A program made the position numbers and the translations under genes. Shown here piece after piece: positions 1 through 16,062 of a stretch of 64,000 nt of DNA. Source of the stretch: the human T2T-CHM13v2.0 reference genome, Homo sapiens; NCBI RefSeq assembly GCF_009914755.1, contig NC_060948.1; one strand, given 5' to 3'. Position 1 is the stretch's first letter, and each line of letters begins with the position of its first letter. Below the pieces are notes generated by a model. The model did not search any database and was not told the origin of the DNA. It saw only the letters and a list, made by a program, of their open reading frames with translations.

Positions 1-104
1 TGTAATAACTGAAGTTATGTATTAACATTTGTTCTTCTTATCCTGATCATTTGCACATTCATAACATGTTTATACACTAGTATGGATAGAAAATTTAACT
101 TTTC

Positions 105-600
105 TACCATAAAGACACATGAATGTGTATGTTCATTGCAGAACTATTCACAATAATGAAGACATGGAATCAACCTAAATGCTCATCAATGATAGAATGG
201 ATCAAGAGCATGGGGGTACATATATACCATGAAATATTATGCAGTCATGAAAAGGGATGAGATCATGTCCTTCACGGGAACATGGATGGAATGGTCATTA
301 TCCTTACCAAACTAATGTAGGAATGGAAAACCAAATACTACATGTTCTCACATACAAGTGGGAGCTAAAAGATGAGAACACATGGACTCATAGAGGGGAA
401 CAACAGACACTGGGTCCTACAAGAGGATGAAGGGTGGAAGAAAGTGAAGAATTAGAAAAAATAATTAATGGGTACTATGCTTAATACCTGTGTGATGAAA
501 TGAATGATTTGTAGAACACACTTTCATGACATGAATTTACCTATATAATAAACCTGCACATGTACCCCTGAATGCAAAATGAAAGTTAAAAAAGAAAATA
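105..600 (+). mobile_element. LINE-1 3' fragment (older L1PA-type), ORF2 end plus 3'UTR
   Basis: Contains L1 3' motifs (GGAATCAACCTAAATG, GAGAACACATGGAC, AAACCTGCACATGTACCCCTGAA) followed by an A-rich tail. Confidence 0.85.
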
Positions 601-699
601 ATTTATATCTTTACAAAATTGAGTCTTAGTATGCATGAGCATGAAGTATGCCTTCATTCATTTAGACCTTTGGGTTTTTTTCACACATACACTCAGTTT

Positions 700-1618
<919 letters not shown>

Positions 1619-2306
1619 TAGTGGCACCACCCTAGTAGATTATCTCTGTGAGGACTGCACCCCTGCAGCAGGCTTCTGCCTACCAGGCTTTTCCATACAT
1701 CTTTTGAAATCTAAGCAAAGGTTGCCAAGCCTCCTTCATTCTTTGCACTCTGCATACCTGAAGGCTTAACACGATGTGGAAGCCACTAAAGCTTACAGCT
1801 TGCGTGCTCCAGAGTTGTGGCATGAAATGTACCTGGAGCCCTTTGAGCCGAGGCTACAGCCAGAGCATCCATGATGTAAGGAGCAGACTCCTGGCATGGG
1901 ACAAGGCAGTGGCACCCCAGGCCTGCCCCCCAAGACATTCAATCCTTCTGGGCCTCTGGGCCTATAATGGGAGGGGCTACCTGGAAGATCTCTGAAATGC
2001 CTTGGAGGCCCTTTTTTTTCACTGTCTTGGCTACCAGCACCGGCCTGTTTTTTCAGTCATGCAAATCTTTCTAACAAATGATTGCTCCACAGTGTGTTTG
2101 GATTCTTCCCCTGTAAAAGGTTTTTCTTTGCCACATGGCTAGGCGGCAAATTTTACAAACTTTAATGCTCTGCTTCCCATTTAAATATAAGTTCCAATTG
2201 TAGGTCATTTCTTTGCATTCATATCTGATCATAGGCTGTTAGAAGAAGCCAGGCTAATTCTTAAAATGCTGTGCAGCTTAGATATTTCTTCCGACAGATA
2301 CTCTAA

Positions 2307-2624
<318 letters not shown>

Positions 2625-2639
2625 TCTAAATTATCACTC

Positions 2640-2954
2640 TTTTTTTTCTTTTCCTTCGAGACAGAGTCTCACTCTGTCGCCCAGGCTGGAGTGCAGTGGC
2701 GTGATCTCTGCTCTCTGCAACCTCCGCCTCCCAGGTTCAAATGATTTTCCTGCCTCAGCCTCCTGAGTAGCTGGGATTACAGGCGTGTGCCACCATGCCT
2801 GGCTAAATTTGTATTTTTGGTACTAAATTTGTATTTCTAGTAGAGACGGGGTTTCACCATGTTGGTCAGGATGGTCTCAAACTCCTGACCTCATGATCTG
2901 CCCTCCTTGGCCTCCCAAAGTGCAGGGATTACAGGTGTGAGCCACTGCACCCAG
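2640..2954 (-). mobile_element. Alu (S-type) with small duplication in the middle A-rich linker
   Basis: Full Alu in reverse complement; CTAAATTTGTATTT is repeated; TSD TTATCACTCT. Confidence 0.95.
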
Positions 2955-3117
2955 TTATCACTCTTAAGTACAAACCTCTGAAAATTACTAGGACATAAAC
3001 ACAATGCAGCCAAGTTCTTTGCTAAGGCATAACACTAGCGAACTTTGTTCCAATTCCCAAAAAGTTTCTCATTTTCATTGGAGACCTCATCAGTCTGGAT
3101 TTCACTGTCCATATCAC

Positions 3118-3661
3118 TGTTATTGAAAAGAAGGTCTTGATCCAGACCCCAAGAGAAGATGCTTGGATCTCATGCCAGAATAAATTCAAGGTGAGTCTCA
3201 AAGTATAGTGAAAAGAGATGGTTTACTAAAAGCTACTCCGTTACAGAGTAGGCCATCCTTAGAAAGTAAGTGGAGAAATGCAACCTCTCTCTATATATAT
3301 GGGTATTGCTTATGAAAAAGCTAATCAAAGGTATGCCTATGTGCAGGTGGGGTGACAGCATGACAAAATTTATTATTGTATTGATTTAAGGAAAACTACC
3401 CTCGACAATTTAGCATGCAAGTAAAACAAAGCATACCTATAGTTACCTTGAAAACATATATTATTATGAGTATTGGGACCTCTGGACTTTCTTCTGTTGT
3501 AGGAGTGTGTCCTTGTAGGTATCTTTAGGCTGTATCCTCAACCATAAATATTCTAAGACCATGGGTCATGACTGAAAAGAAATGTGCCTTGCTAGTTTTA
3601 AGATGAAGTTGATTTTAAAATGGTGTCACTCTGGTTCTCCTAGGCTCCTGCTTCCCTCACA
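3118..3661 (-). mobile_element. Solo ERV1 LTR, MER41-family-like
   Basis: TG...CA termini, 4-bp TSD TCAC (3114-3117 and 3662-3665), and the GATCCAGACCCCAAGAGA motif typical of MER41 U5. Confidence 0.75.
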
Positions 3662-3848
3662 TCACTATCAGGGTTTTGCTCACAACAATTTAACCAGTCT
3701 CTAAGAACTTTCTAATTTTTTTTCATCTTTCCATCCTCTTCTGAGCCCTCCAAACTCTTCCAACCTCTGCCCACTACCCAGTTCCAAAGTTACATCCATA
3801 CTTTCAGATATTTTTATAGCAATACCCCACTCCTTGGTATCTATTTTC

Positions 3849-4255
3849 TGTGTTAGACCATTCTTGCTTGCTACAAAGAACTATCTGAGACTGGGTAATT
3901 TATAAAGATAAAAGGTTTAATTGGCTCATGGCTCTGCAGACTATACAGGAAGCATAGCACTGGGGATGAGCTCAGCTTCTAGTGAGGCCTCAGGAAGCTT
4001 ATGATCATGGCAGAAGGCAAAGGGGGACCCAGCATATTACATGCAAGAGTAGAAGCAAGAGAGAGAGGCAGGTGGTACCACACACTTTTAAACAAACAGA
4101 GATCGTGAGAACTCACTGACTATTGTCAGGACAGCACCAAGCCATGAGAGATCCACCCCCATGACCGAAACACCTCCCACCAGGCCCCACTCTCAACATT
4201 GGAGATTACACTTCGACATGAGATTTGGGTGGGGAAAAACATCTAAACTATATCA
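3849..4255 (-). mobile_element. MST (MaLR) LTR
   Basis: TGTGTTAG...GAGACTGGGTAATTTATAAAG...AAACTATATCA, matching an MST LTR in reverse complement. Confidence 0.85.
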
Positions 4256-4419
4256 GCTGGTTTCTGGCATTCTTAAAAAACTATTTTGGCCTACATATTG
4301 TTCTCGTGATGCTTCCATGGGAAAGTTAAGTCCTGGAGCTTCCTAGCCCAACATCTTGCTGAAGTCATGCTCCAAAGAGATCATCTTTTGTCTATGGTTC
4401 CATAGTAATACATTTGTCA

Positions 4420-5500
<1,081 letters not shown>

Positions 5501-5529
5501 AACTGGTTATCTGGTATGTTGATCAAGTT

Positions 5530-5716
5530 GAGTTACCAGATAAAATGCAGGAGAGCCAATTAAATATGGAAGTCAGATAAACATTAAATAATTTCAAGTT
5601 AAAGTATGTCCTAAGTATTGCATGGTACATGCTTACACTAAAAAATAATTGCTATTTAGCTGAAGTTCAAATTTATCGAGGCATGCTGGACTTTTATTTG
5701 CTGATTGCAGCAATCT
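5530..5716. mobile_element. MER53-like palindromic DNA-transposon relic (MITE)
   Basis: CCAGATAAAAT...TCAGATAAACA...AAGTATGTCC...TTTTATTTGCT, an imperfect inverted repeat matching recalled MER53. Confidence 0.75.
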
Positions 5717-6199
5717 TATTACCAAGATTCATCCTATTTTCTCAGCCTTAACTGCAGTATTTTTTTCTCTCCAACTCTGTGAGATTGCTAAGAGCTATGC
5801 TTGGCTTCCCAACCCTTTGCTTGTAGCTTTCTCTTGTTTTCCTCTCAACTTGTTCTTAGCCTCTTAGCCTCCTGTCAATTATGGAATGGAAAATGTACTG
5901 GGGACAAATTGCTACAGAATATTGGGCTGACTTCAATGTGCTTCCCTTTCCTGTGAGATCTTGGTCTTGAAATCCTTGGAAAACTTGGTAACTCTGTGAC
6001 ACTATTAAGTATATGTCGTCTACATTGGGTAATGCTTCTCTAGTTATTAATACTGGCAGAATCAGTCTAAAACAGTCTACATTAATATTACTGAATAAAG
6101 TAACCTTTTTCTTAAAACATTATTTGAATACTCAAGTAAAACCATTTGAGGTAGAATTTCATTTTTGCTCAGTTTCTCTAGTAGGTGCACGATAATTCA

Positions 6200-8110
6200 A
6201 ACTATCTATGTTTTATTTTCAGTCAGTTTTATATATGACATTTTAAGAGAAGTATATCTCAGTTGACTGAATTTTCATTTTATTGCTGAAAATATATCAC
6301 AATTTCTTACTGTCTTTAAATATCTGCTCTATTTGTACTTATGTGCCTTTTTATGTTCCTAACATTTTTTGATATGCCCTTTCTCTTATTTTTCTTTATC
6401 AGTTTGACCAGTGTTTTCCATATTATTAAACTTTTAAAAGTACTAACTCTTGGCTTTGTGGATTCTTATTCTATGAAGCATTTATTTTCTGTGTGATAGA
6501 TTCTTGATATTCTCATTATTTTCTCTTTTATTCTACTTTCTTTACATTGATTTTTTTATTACTTTCAAACTTCTGAAGTTAGGTATATATTTTAGTGTTT
6601 GTTATTTTTTAATACTTATCATTAAGATTATAAATGTTGCTAAAAGTAACATTTTGCTGCTGCGTCTTGAAAAGTTTTATAAGTAATATTTTTATTATCT
6701 TTCTTTTCTCCATAGTTTTAAAATTTCATTACAACTAATTTTTTGACCAAGAAATTATTGTGTGTTTTAAAATTTCTATAAATATGACTTTTTAGGGAAT
6801 GTGCTTAATTGATTATATCTTAATTGTAGTGTGGTAGCAAATATGTTACTTATGATTTTTTGGTTGAAATTTGTTTACATCATAATCTAAAATGTGAATT
6901 TTTTAAATTGTCTTCCTTGTATGTTTGAGGATAATGTATCTTCTCTAATATTTTGGTACAGAATGCTACATATGTTAATTATATTATAATTGTTAAATAT
7001 ATTTATACAATTTTCCCTACATACACAGCCTTTTAGATAACTTGATCTATCAATAATGTAGAATTAGTCTCCAACTATTGTGGCATGTTATTTCAACTTT
7101 TTCCTATCAACATATCAATTATGGCTTGATATATTTTGAGAACTTATTAGGTGAATAAGTATATCAAATTATCTAGAGAAACAGAGCTAATAGAATGTAT
7201 TTCTGTGTGTATGTGTGTGTCTACATGCACATGTATAAATGAAGAGAGAGACAGAGAGAAAGAGAGACAGATTTATTTTAAGAAATTGGCTCATGTGATT
7301 ATAGTGGTTGGCAAAACCAAAATCTGCATGAGGGGCTGCTGGCTGGAGATCCGGGGAGAAGCCAGTGTTGCAGCTCCAGTCTGAAAGCCATCAGGCTGGA
7401 GAGCCAGGGAAAATCTTATATTGGTGTTCAAGTCCAAAGTTCGTGTCTTGGAAGAATCTTCTCTTGCTCAGGGGAGGTTAGTCTTTTGTTCTATCCAGTT
7501 TAAGTGATTGGATTAGGTCCACCCATATTAGGGAGAACAATTTTGTTTACTAAAAGTCCACCAATTTAAATGTTAATCTCGTCCAAAGTTATCTTCCTGG
7601 AGACATGCAGAGATATATTTGACCAAATAACTGGGCACATTGGTTCAAACAAGTTGATACATAAAATTAACCATTATAAGAAGCTTAGACTTGTTATATT
7701 TTGGTAATTAAAATTTTATCATTATTTGCAACTCTCTTTGTTCTTAATAATGATTTTGTCTGATATTAGCTTTCTTTTAATTAGTATTTTCTTAGTATAC
7801 CTATTTCATGCTTTAACTTGTAACCCATCTGCATCTTTATACTTAAGAACTGTCTCTTGTAAAGACCTTTATAGCTATAGCCTTTACAATGCTGTCTGAT
7901 TATCTCTTACTTACTTGGTGAATGTAATCTACGTATATTTTATTGCAATGGTCATTATTATTATGAGGCTTATTTCTGCCATTCTAATTTTATTTGTATT
8001 TCTTCTGCATTTTCTATATGCTTGGCTTTTTATCTATTTAGTTTTTGTCTACTTTTGTTCTTTTCCCATATTTTCCACTTACTTGGAATTTATCTTCTTC
8101 ATTATTTAAG
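6200..8110 (-). mobile_element. Highly degenerate L1ME fragments flanking an MLT2 LTR
   Basis: T-rich sequence with reverse L1 ORF2 remnants (AACTCTTGGCTTTG, TCTCCAACTATTGTGG, TTTTGTCTGATATTAG). Confidence 0.5.
7160..7677 (-). mobile_element. MLT2 (ERVL) solo LTR
   Basis: CTAGAGAAACAGA...AATTGGCTCATGTGATTAT...CAAGTTGATACATAAAATTAACCAT, matching MLT2 in reverse complement. Confidence 0.85.
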
Positions 8111-8405
8111 TAATTTTCATTGAATTTTTACCAAAATAAATGTATCAGTAATTACATAATTGCACAATCACAAATCTCAATCAACCTAAAAAATGCAGAA
8201 AACATGAAAACAAGCAAAACAACACAGATATAAAAAAGTAAATTTATCTTGCCTCACCTTTAGAATAGTATAAAGAACTCAGAACCCTTTAATCCAAAAC
8301 ATTTGCATCCTGATTCATGTACTACTTTTGTCTCCTATTTTATTTTTGTTTTTCTCTAACATCATGCATTACAAATTATTTTTATTAATTAAAAAATTAG
8401 TTTGA

Positions 8406-8625
<220 letters not shown>

Positions 8626-8807
8626 TCGTTTGAATTTACACACCTGTTTATCATTGTATTTCATCACTAGTCTGCATCTCAAACTATTCGTCTAACATCA
8701 GCTGTTAATCCTTAGAAAGATGATTTAGTACACTATCTTTCCTTTTTTCTTTGCCTGAAAATATCCTTATTCCACCATTATTTTAAATGTATTGATTTTC
8801 TGGGTAT

Positions 8808-8990
8808 ATGTATCAGTTGTCTGCTTTTATATCACAAAACAGCACCATATATTTTATCAGATGATCATAATATGAATCATCAACTTGAGTTATGTTTAGT
8901 GGGATGGTTCTTTTGCTGATCTCATCTGAGGTTAATCATGTGGCTGTGCTCAGCTTGTGGATTAGCTTGGGAATGTTAGCCTAGGATAAG
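8808..8990. mobile_element. Old MLT1 LTR, first part (appears to resume at 20373-20665)
   Basis: TGTATCAGT start and GCTCAGCT/GGATGGTTCTT-like motifs; degenerate. Confidence 0.5.
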
Positions 8991-8994
8991 AATT

Positions 8995-9185
8995 GGAAAT
9001 CTCAGAACTTTTGACATTTTGAGTTGTATAATTTTATATTTCGTGGGACTTTCCTATGCATTGTAAAATGTTTATGATATTCACAGCCTCTCTCTATTAC
9101 ATGCCATGTAACTCCCAAAATTGTGACAACCAGAAATGTCTTCAAATATTGACTAGTGTCTTCTGACATTTCTGGCTGAGAGACA
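8995..9185 (-). mobile_element. MER20 (hAT-Charlie) relic
   Basis: TTGACATTTTG...TGCATTGTAAAATGTTTA...TTGTGACAACCAGAAATGTCT, matching MER20 in reverse complement. Confidence 0.75.
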
Positions 9186-9189
9186 TTTA

Positions 9190-9250
9190 GGATTTTAATT
9201 CTTACTGCTGCTGTAACAAATTAGCAAACAGTGATTTAAAATCAAAGAAA
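9190..9250. mobile_element. MLT1 LTR end split by L1 insertion (resumes 19936-20372)
   Basis: GCTGCTGTAACAAATTA...GATTTAAAA motif of MLT1, stopping at the L1 5' end. Confidence 0.65.
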
Positions 9251-12200
9251 GAGGCGGAGCAAGATGACAGAATAGAAGGCTCCACTGATCACCTCCACCA
9301 CAATGACTAATTTAACAACTATCTCCACAGAAAAAAACACCTTCATAAAAACCCCAAATCAGGTGACTTCTCACAGTACCTGGTTTTATTTTCATATCAC
9401 TGAAAGAGGCACTGAAGAGGTAGAAAAAAAAGTTCTGCATCCCGATGCCACCCCTTCACCACCGCCAACAGCAGCAGTGTGGTGGTAAGAAGAGCATCTC
9501 TGGGCACTAGGGAAGGAAGGGCATGGCAATTGCAAGGCATTGAAATCAGTGCCGTCCTGTTACAGCACAAAGGAAAGTCGGATCAAACTCAGCTGATGCC
9601 TGTCCATGAAGGGAGCATTTAAAGCAGCCCCAGCCAGAAGGGAATCTCTAATACCAGCAGTTGGAAGGTGAGTTCCTTCAAACCTCGCCACCAAGGGCTA
9701 AACTACTCTGGGTCTGTAAGAAAACTTGAAAGGCAATCTAGGCCATAAGGACTGCCACTCTTAGGTGATTCCTAGTGCTGAACTGGGCCGAGAGACAGTG
9801 GACTAGGAGAGCAGGTGACTTACTGAGACTTCAGCCCAGCTGGGCCAGCTAAGGGAGTGATGGCATCACCCCTCTCCTAACCCCAGGTTGCATAGCTCAT
9901 GGGTCCAAAAGAGGCCTCTTCCTTTTGCTTCAGGTGAGGAGAAGGAAGAGTGGGGAGGACTTTGTCTTGTATCTTGGATACTGGCTCAGCCCCAGCAGGA
10001 TAGGGCACCAGCAAGGGTTTGGAGGACCCCATTCCAGGCACTAGCTCCTGGATGACTTTTCTAGACACACTGTGAAATAAAAGAAAATGTGTTGACTTTA
10101 AGTGAAAGACTCAGTCCTGGCAGCATTCATCAACTGGTAAATAAAAAGCCCTTGGGCCTTGAATAACCAGCAGGGATACTCAAGTACTACCTTGATTACT
10201 TTGAGTGAGCTCTAAAACTTGCTGGCTTAAGGCGAGACTCAGCACATTACCAGCTGTGGTGGCTACAAGGCAAAACTCCTTCTGCTCAAGCAAAGGGAAA
10301 AGAAAGGAGACTTTTCTTGCACCTTAGGCACCAGCATGGCCACAGGAGGGTAGAGCACCAAATGAGCACTTGAGGCCCTGATTCCAGGATTTGATACTTG
10401 AGCAGCATATCTGCACCTGCCCTGGGCCACAGGGGAGCCCACTGTCCCAAAAGAGTAAGTTCTATGCCAGGCAGCATTTACCACAAGATGACTTAATAAC
10501 GCTTGGGATTTAAGGTTGCATCAGTGGTAGTCTGACAGTATTCCCCATGGCCTGTGGTGGGGGTGGCTAGGCATTTTGTGGCTTGAGTGTCACCTCAGCT
10601 GCAGTACAATAGAACACCGGTGGATTTCTAAAGCTTTTGACTCTAGTAGTTTCTGACTCCCAGCTGCCACCTGGACCCACTCAGGGCCTGGGATAACTTG
10701 TTGCCCTAAAGGAAAAAAGACAGGCCTGGCTTCCTTTTCCATCTGCTCATTGTAGGTGCCCAGGTCCTTGAACAAATATATGCAGTAGTCAGGGAGGAGT
10801 TACAACAGGCCTTGAGTGAGACTCAGTATTGTGCTGGCTTCAGGTCTGAGGCAGTGTAGTCATAGTGGTGTTGACCACAGGTGTGCCAGATGTCACTCCA
10901 TCGCCAGCTTTATGTCACTTAGAACAGAGAGAGAGAGCGAGACTTTGTTTGGTGGACAACAAGTGAAGAGAGCAACAACCTTTGCCTGGTAATCCAGAGA
11001 ACCTGTCCAGATCTAGTCTAAGAACAACAAGGTGGTATCTCCAAGAGTCTGCGAGAACCACAGAGTTCCTGAGCTTGGGTTTCCCTCTAAAGCAGGTAAA
11101 GCTTAGATCACATCACCCAAGTTCTTTCAAATATCTGGAAAGCCTTTCCAAAAGGGACAGGTACAAACAAGCCCAGACAGTGAAGACTAAAATAAGTATG
11201 TAACTCTGCAGCACCCAGACACCAAAGAGCATCTGCTTACATCAACACTATCCAGGAAAATATGACCTCACCAAATGAAATAAATAGAGACCAATCTTGA
11301 AGAAGGAGGTATGTGACATTTCAAACAGTTAATTCAAAATAACTGTGTTGAGAAAACTGAAAGAGACTCAACATAACACAGAGAAAGAATTTAGAATTCT
11401 ATGAGGTAAACTTAACAAAAACTTTGGGATAATTAAAAAGAATCAACCAGAAATTCTGGAGCTGAAAAATTCAATTGTCATACTGGAGAACACATCAGAA
11501 CCTTTTAATAGTGGACTCGATCAAGCAGAAGAAAGAATTAGTGAGTTTTAAGAGCTATTTGAAAACGCAGTCAGAGGAGACAAAAGAAAAAAGAATAAAA
11601 TACAATGAAGCATTCCTATGTGATCTAGAAAATACCCTCAAAAGGGCAAATCTAAGAGTTATTTAGCCATTAAGTGAAGGTAGAGAAAGAGATAGAATTA
11701 GAAAGTTTACTTTAAAAGATGATAACAGAGAAATTCCCAAACCTAGAGAAAAATATCAACATCCAAATACAAGAAGGTTATAAAACACCAGACAGGTTTA
11801 ACCCATGAAGACTATCCCCAGGCATTTAATAATCAAATTCTCCAATATCAAGAATTTTTTTTTAAAAAAGGATCCTAGAAACAGCAAGAGAAAAGAAACA
11901 AATTACATACAGTGGAGCTCCAATATGACGGACAGCAGACTTTTTAGTAGAAACCTTAGGGTCCAGAAGAGAGTAAGTAGCATGCCATCTTTAAAGCGCT
12001 GAAGTAAAAAACAAAAACAAAAACGAAAACCTTTTACCCTAGAATAGTATACGTGGCAAAAATATCCTTCAAACATAAACGAAAAACAAAGACTTTCCTA
12101 GACAAACAAAAGCTAAGGGATTTAATCAATACCAAACCTGTCCTACAAGAAATGCTAAAGGGAGTACCTCAATCAGAAAGAAAAGGATGTTAATGAGCAA

Positions 12201-12629
12201 AAAATAATCACCTGAAGGTACAAAACTCACTGGTAATAGTTAAGTACACACACAAAAAAACACATAATATTATAACACTGTAACTCTGGTGAGTAAACTC
12301 TCTTGTCCTAAGCACAAAGACTAAATAATAAACCAATCAAAAATAATAACTTTTCAAGACACAGACAGTACAAGAAGATATAAATCAAAACAACAAAACA
12401 TAAAAGAGGAGGAACAAAGTTAAGACGTAGAATTTTTATCGGCTTTCTTTTGGCTTGTTTCTTTATGTTATAGTGTTAAGTTGTTATCAGCTTAAAATAA
12501 TAGGTTATAATATAATATTTGCAAGCCTCATGGTAACTTCAAACTAAAAAACACACAATGGATGCACAAAAAAATTAAAAGCAAGAAACTAAAACATATT
12601 ACAAGAGAAAACCACCTTCACTAATGGAA

Positions 12630-12795
12630 AATATGGAAGAAAGAAAGAAAGAGAGAGAGGGAGGGAAGGAGGGAGAGGGCGAGGGAGGGGGAAAGGGAGG
12701 GGGAAGGGGGAGGGGAGAGGGGAGGGGGAGGGGGAAGAAGGTGGGAGGGGGAAGGGGAGGAGAGGAGAGGAGAAGAGAGGAGAGGAGGAGAAAGA
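12630..12795 (+). repeat. Polypurine G/A-rich low-complexity tract in the L1 inter-ORF region
   Basis: Nearly pure A/G with many GGG+ runs. Confidence 0.9.
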
Positions 12796-12893
12796 CCGCA
12801 AAGCAACCTTAAAGCAAACAAACAACAACAAAAAGTGGCAGGAGTACGTCCTTACTTATCAATAGTAACATTGAATATTAACGTACTAAACTC

Positions 12894-13312
<419 letters not shown>

Positions 13313-15791
13313 CTATAAGAAACACACTTCACCTATAAAGACATATATATCCTGAAAACGTAGGGATGGAAAAATATTTCATGCCAATGGCAACCAAAAT
13401 ATAGCAGGAGTCGCTATACTTATATCAGACAAAATAAATTTTCAGACAAAAACTATAAGAAGAGACAAATAAAGTCACTATATAATGATAAAGGGGTCAA
13501 TTCAGCAAGAGGATATAACAAATTTAAATAAATATGGTCCCAACACTGAAGCAACCAGATAGAATTAAAAAATATCATCAGAGCTTAAAGAGAGACAAAA
13601 GTTTGAATACCACAATAGCTGGAGACTTCAACATCACACTTTTCAGCATTGAACAAATCTTCCAGACAAAAAAGAAGCATCAGACGTAATCTGCACTATA
13701 GAACAAATGGATATAATATGTATTTACAGAACATTTCATCCAATGGCTGCAGAATACACATTCTTTTCCTCAGCACATGGATCTATGTTAGGTATAGTAT
13801 AGACCACATGTTAGGTCACAAAACAAGTCTTAAAACACTCAAAAAAAATTCAAATTGCATCAGCCATCTTCTCTTGCCACAATAAAATAAAACTAGAAAT
13901 TAAAAACGAGGAATTTTTGAAACTATACAAATACATGCTTGTGAATGACAAGTGGGTCAATAAAATATTAAGAAAAAATTGAAAAAATTGAAACAAATGA
14001 TAATGGAAAAAAGCATACAAAAACCTATGGTATATGGCAAATGCAATAAAAGGGCATTGAATAGCTACAAGTGCCTACATCAAGAAAAAGGAAAAACTTC
14101 AAATAAACAATCTACTGATGCATCTTAAAGAACTGGAAAAGCAACAGCAAACCAAACCCAAAATTAGCTGAAGAAAAGAAAAAATAAAAATCAAAACAGA
14201 AATAAAGGAAATTGACATAAAGAAAACAATACAATAGATAATGAAACGTGAAACATAAAAATGGTTTATTGTAAAACAAAATTGACAAATTTTAACCAGA
14301 GTAAGAATAAAAGAGAGATGATCCAAATAAACTCAGACATATAAAAGTAGATGTTACCACTGATATTACAGTAATTAAAAGAAGCGTTAGTGTCTCCTAT
14401 GAGCAACTATGTAACTATGGATTGGAAAATCTTGAAATGGATAAACTCCTAGACACATACCACAATCAAAATAAGAAGAAATCCAAAACCTGAACAGACT
14501 AACAAGAAGCAACAAGATCAAAGCCATAATAAAAAGTCTTCCAGTAAAGAAAAGCCCGGGACCCTATGGCTTCACTGCTGTATTCTACCAAACATTTAAA
14601 TAAGAACTAATACCAATCCCATTCAAACTATTCCGGAATATAGAGGTGGAGGAAATACTTCTCAACTCATTATAGGAGGTCAGTATTGCCCAAAACCAGA
14701 GAAAGACACATTCAAAAAAGAAAACTACGGGCCAATAACTCTCATGAATACTGATGCAAAAATCCTCAAAAAAATACTCGCAAACCAAATTCGACAATAC
14801 TTCAGAAAGATCACTCATCATGACCAAGTGGGATTTATCCCTGGGATGCAAGAATGACTCAACATATGCAAGTCAATCAATGTGATACATCATGTCAACA
14901 TAATGAAGGATAAAACAATATGTTCCTTTCAATATATGCTGAAAAAGCATTTAATAAAATTCAACATCCCTTTATGATGAAAAAAAAACCTTCAAAAACT
15001 GGTTATTAAAGGAACACACCTCAACATAATATAAGCCATATATGACAGACCCATAGCTAGTGTCATAATGAATGAGGAAAAACTGAGTCTTTATGAGATT
15101 GGAAGATGATAAGGACGCCCACTTTTGCCAGTGTCATTCAACATAGTATGGAAGCCCTAGCTAGAGTATTCAGACAAGGGAAAAAAATAAAAAGCATCTA
15201 ATCTGGAAAGGAAGAAGTCAAATGTATCTTGTTTGCAGATGATATGATCTTATACTTGGAAAATCCTAAAGACCACAGAAGAAAATGATTAGAACTGATA
15301 TGTTCAGTAAATTTGTAAGATACAAAATCAATGTACAAAAATCAGTAGCATTTCTATATGCCAACACTGAACAATCTAAAAAGAAAAAGTAATCTCATTT
15401 ACAATAGCCACACATAAATTCAAATACCTAGAAATTAACCAAAGAAGTGTAAGATAGATATAATGAAAGCTATAAAACATTGATAAAAGAAATTGAAAAA
15501 AATATTCTATGTTCCTGAATTAAAAGAATTAATACTGTTAAAATGTCCATACTATCCAAAAGTAATCTACAGATTCAAGGCAATCCCTGTTGAAATCCCA
15601 ATGACCTTTTTCACAAAAATATTTTTAAAAAATTCTAACATTTATATAGAGCCACAAAAGACCCAGAATAGCCAAAACAATCCTGAATAAAAGGAACAAA
15701 ACTGGAGGAATCAAATTACCTATTTTTAAATTATACTACAGAGCTATAGCAACCAAAGCAGCATGGTACTTGCATAAAAACAGACACATAG

Positions 15792-16062
15792 GGCCAGGTG
15801 CGGTAGCTCACGCCTGTAATCCCAGCACTTTGGGAGGCCAAGGAGGGAGGATCACGAGGTCAGGAGATCGAGACCATCCTGGCTAACACGGTGAAACCCC
15901 GTCTCTACTAAAAATACAAAAAAGTAGCCGGATGCGGTGGTGGGCACCTGTAGTCCCAACTACTTGGGAGGCTGAGGCAGGAGAATGGTTTGAACCTGGG
16001 AGGCAGAGCTTGCAGTAAGCCGAGATTGTGACTCCGTCTCAAAAAAAAAAAAAAAAAAAAAA
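15792..16062 (+). mobile_element. AluY-like element with short right-arm deletion
   Basis: GAGATTGTGACTCCGTCTC lacks the CCACTGCACTCCAGCCTGGG segment; TSD CAGACACATAG. Confidence 0.93.

Noticed and set aside
3118-3661. Interferon-inducible STAT1 enhancer as in MER41B
   Set aside because: I saw no TTCNNNGAA GAS site, and the U3 differs from MER41B.
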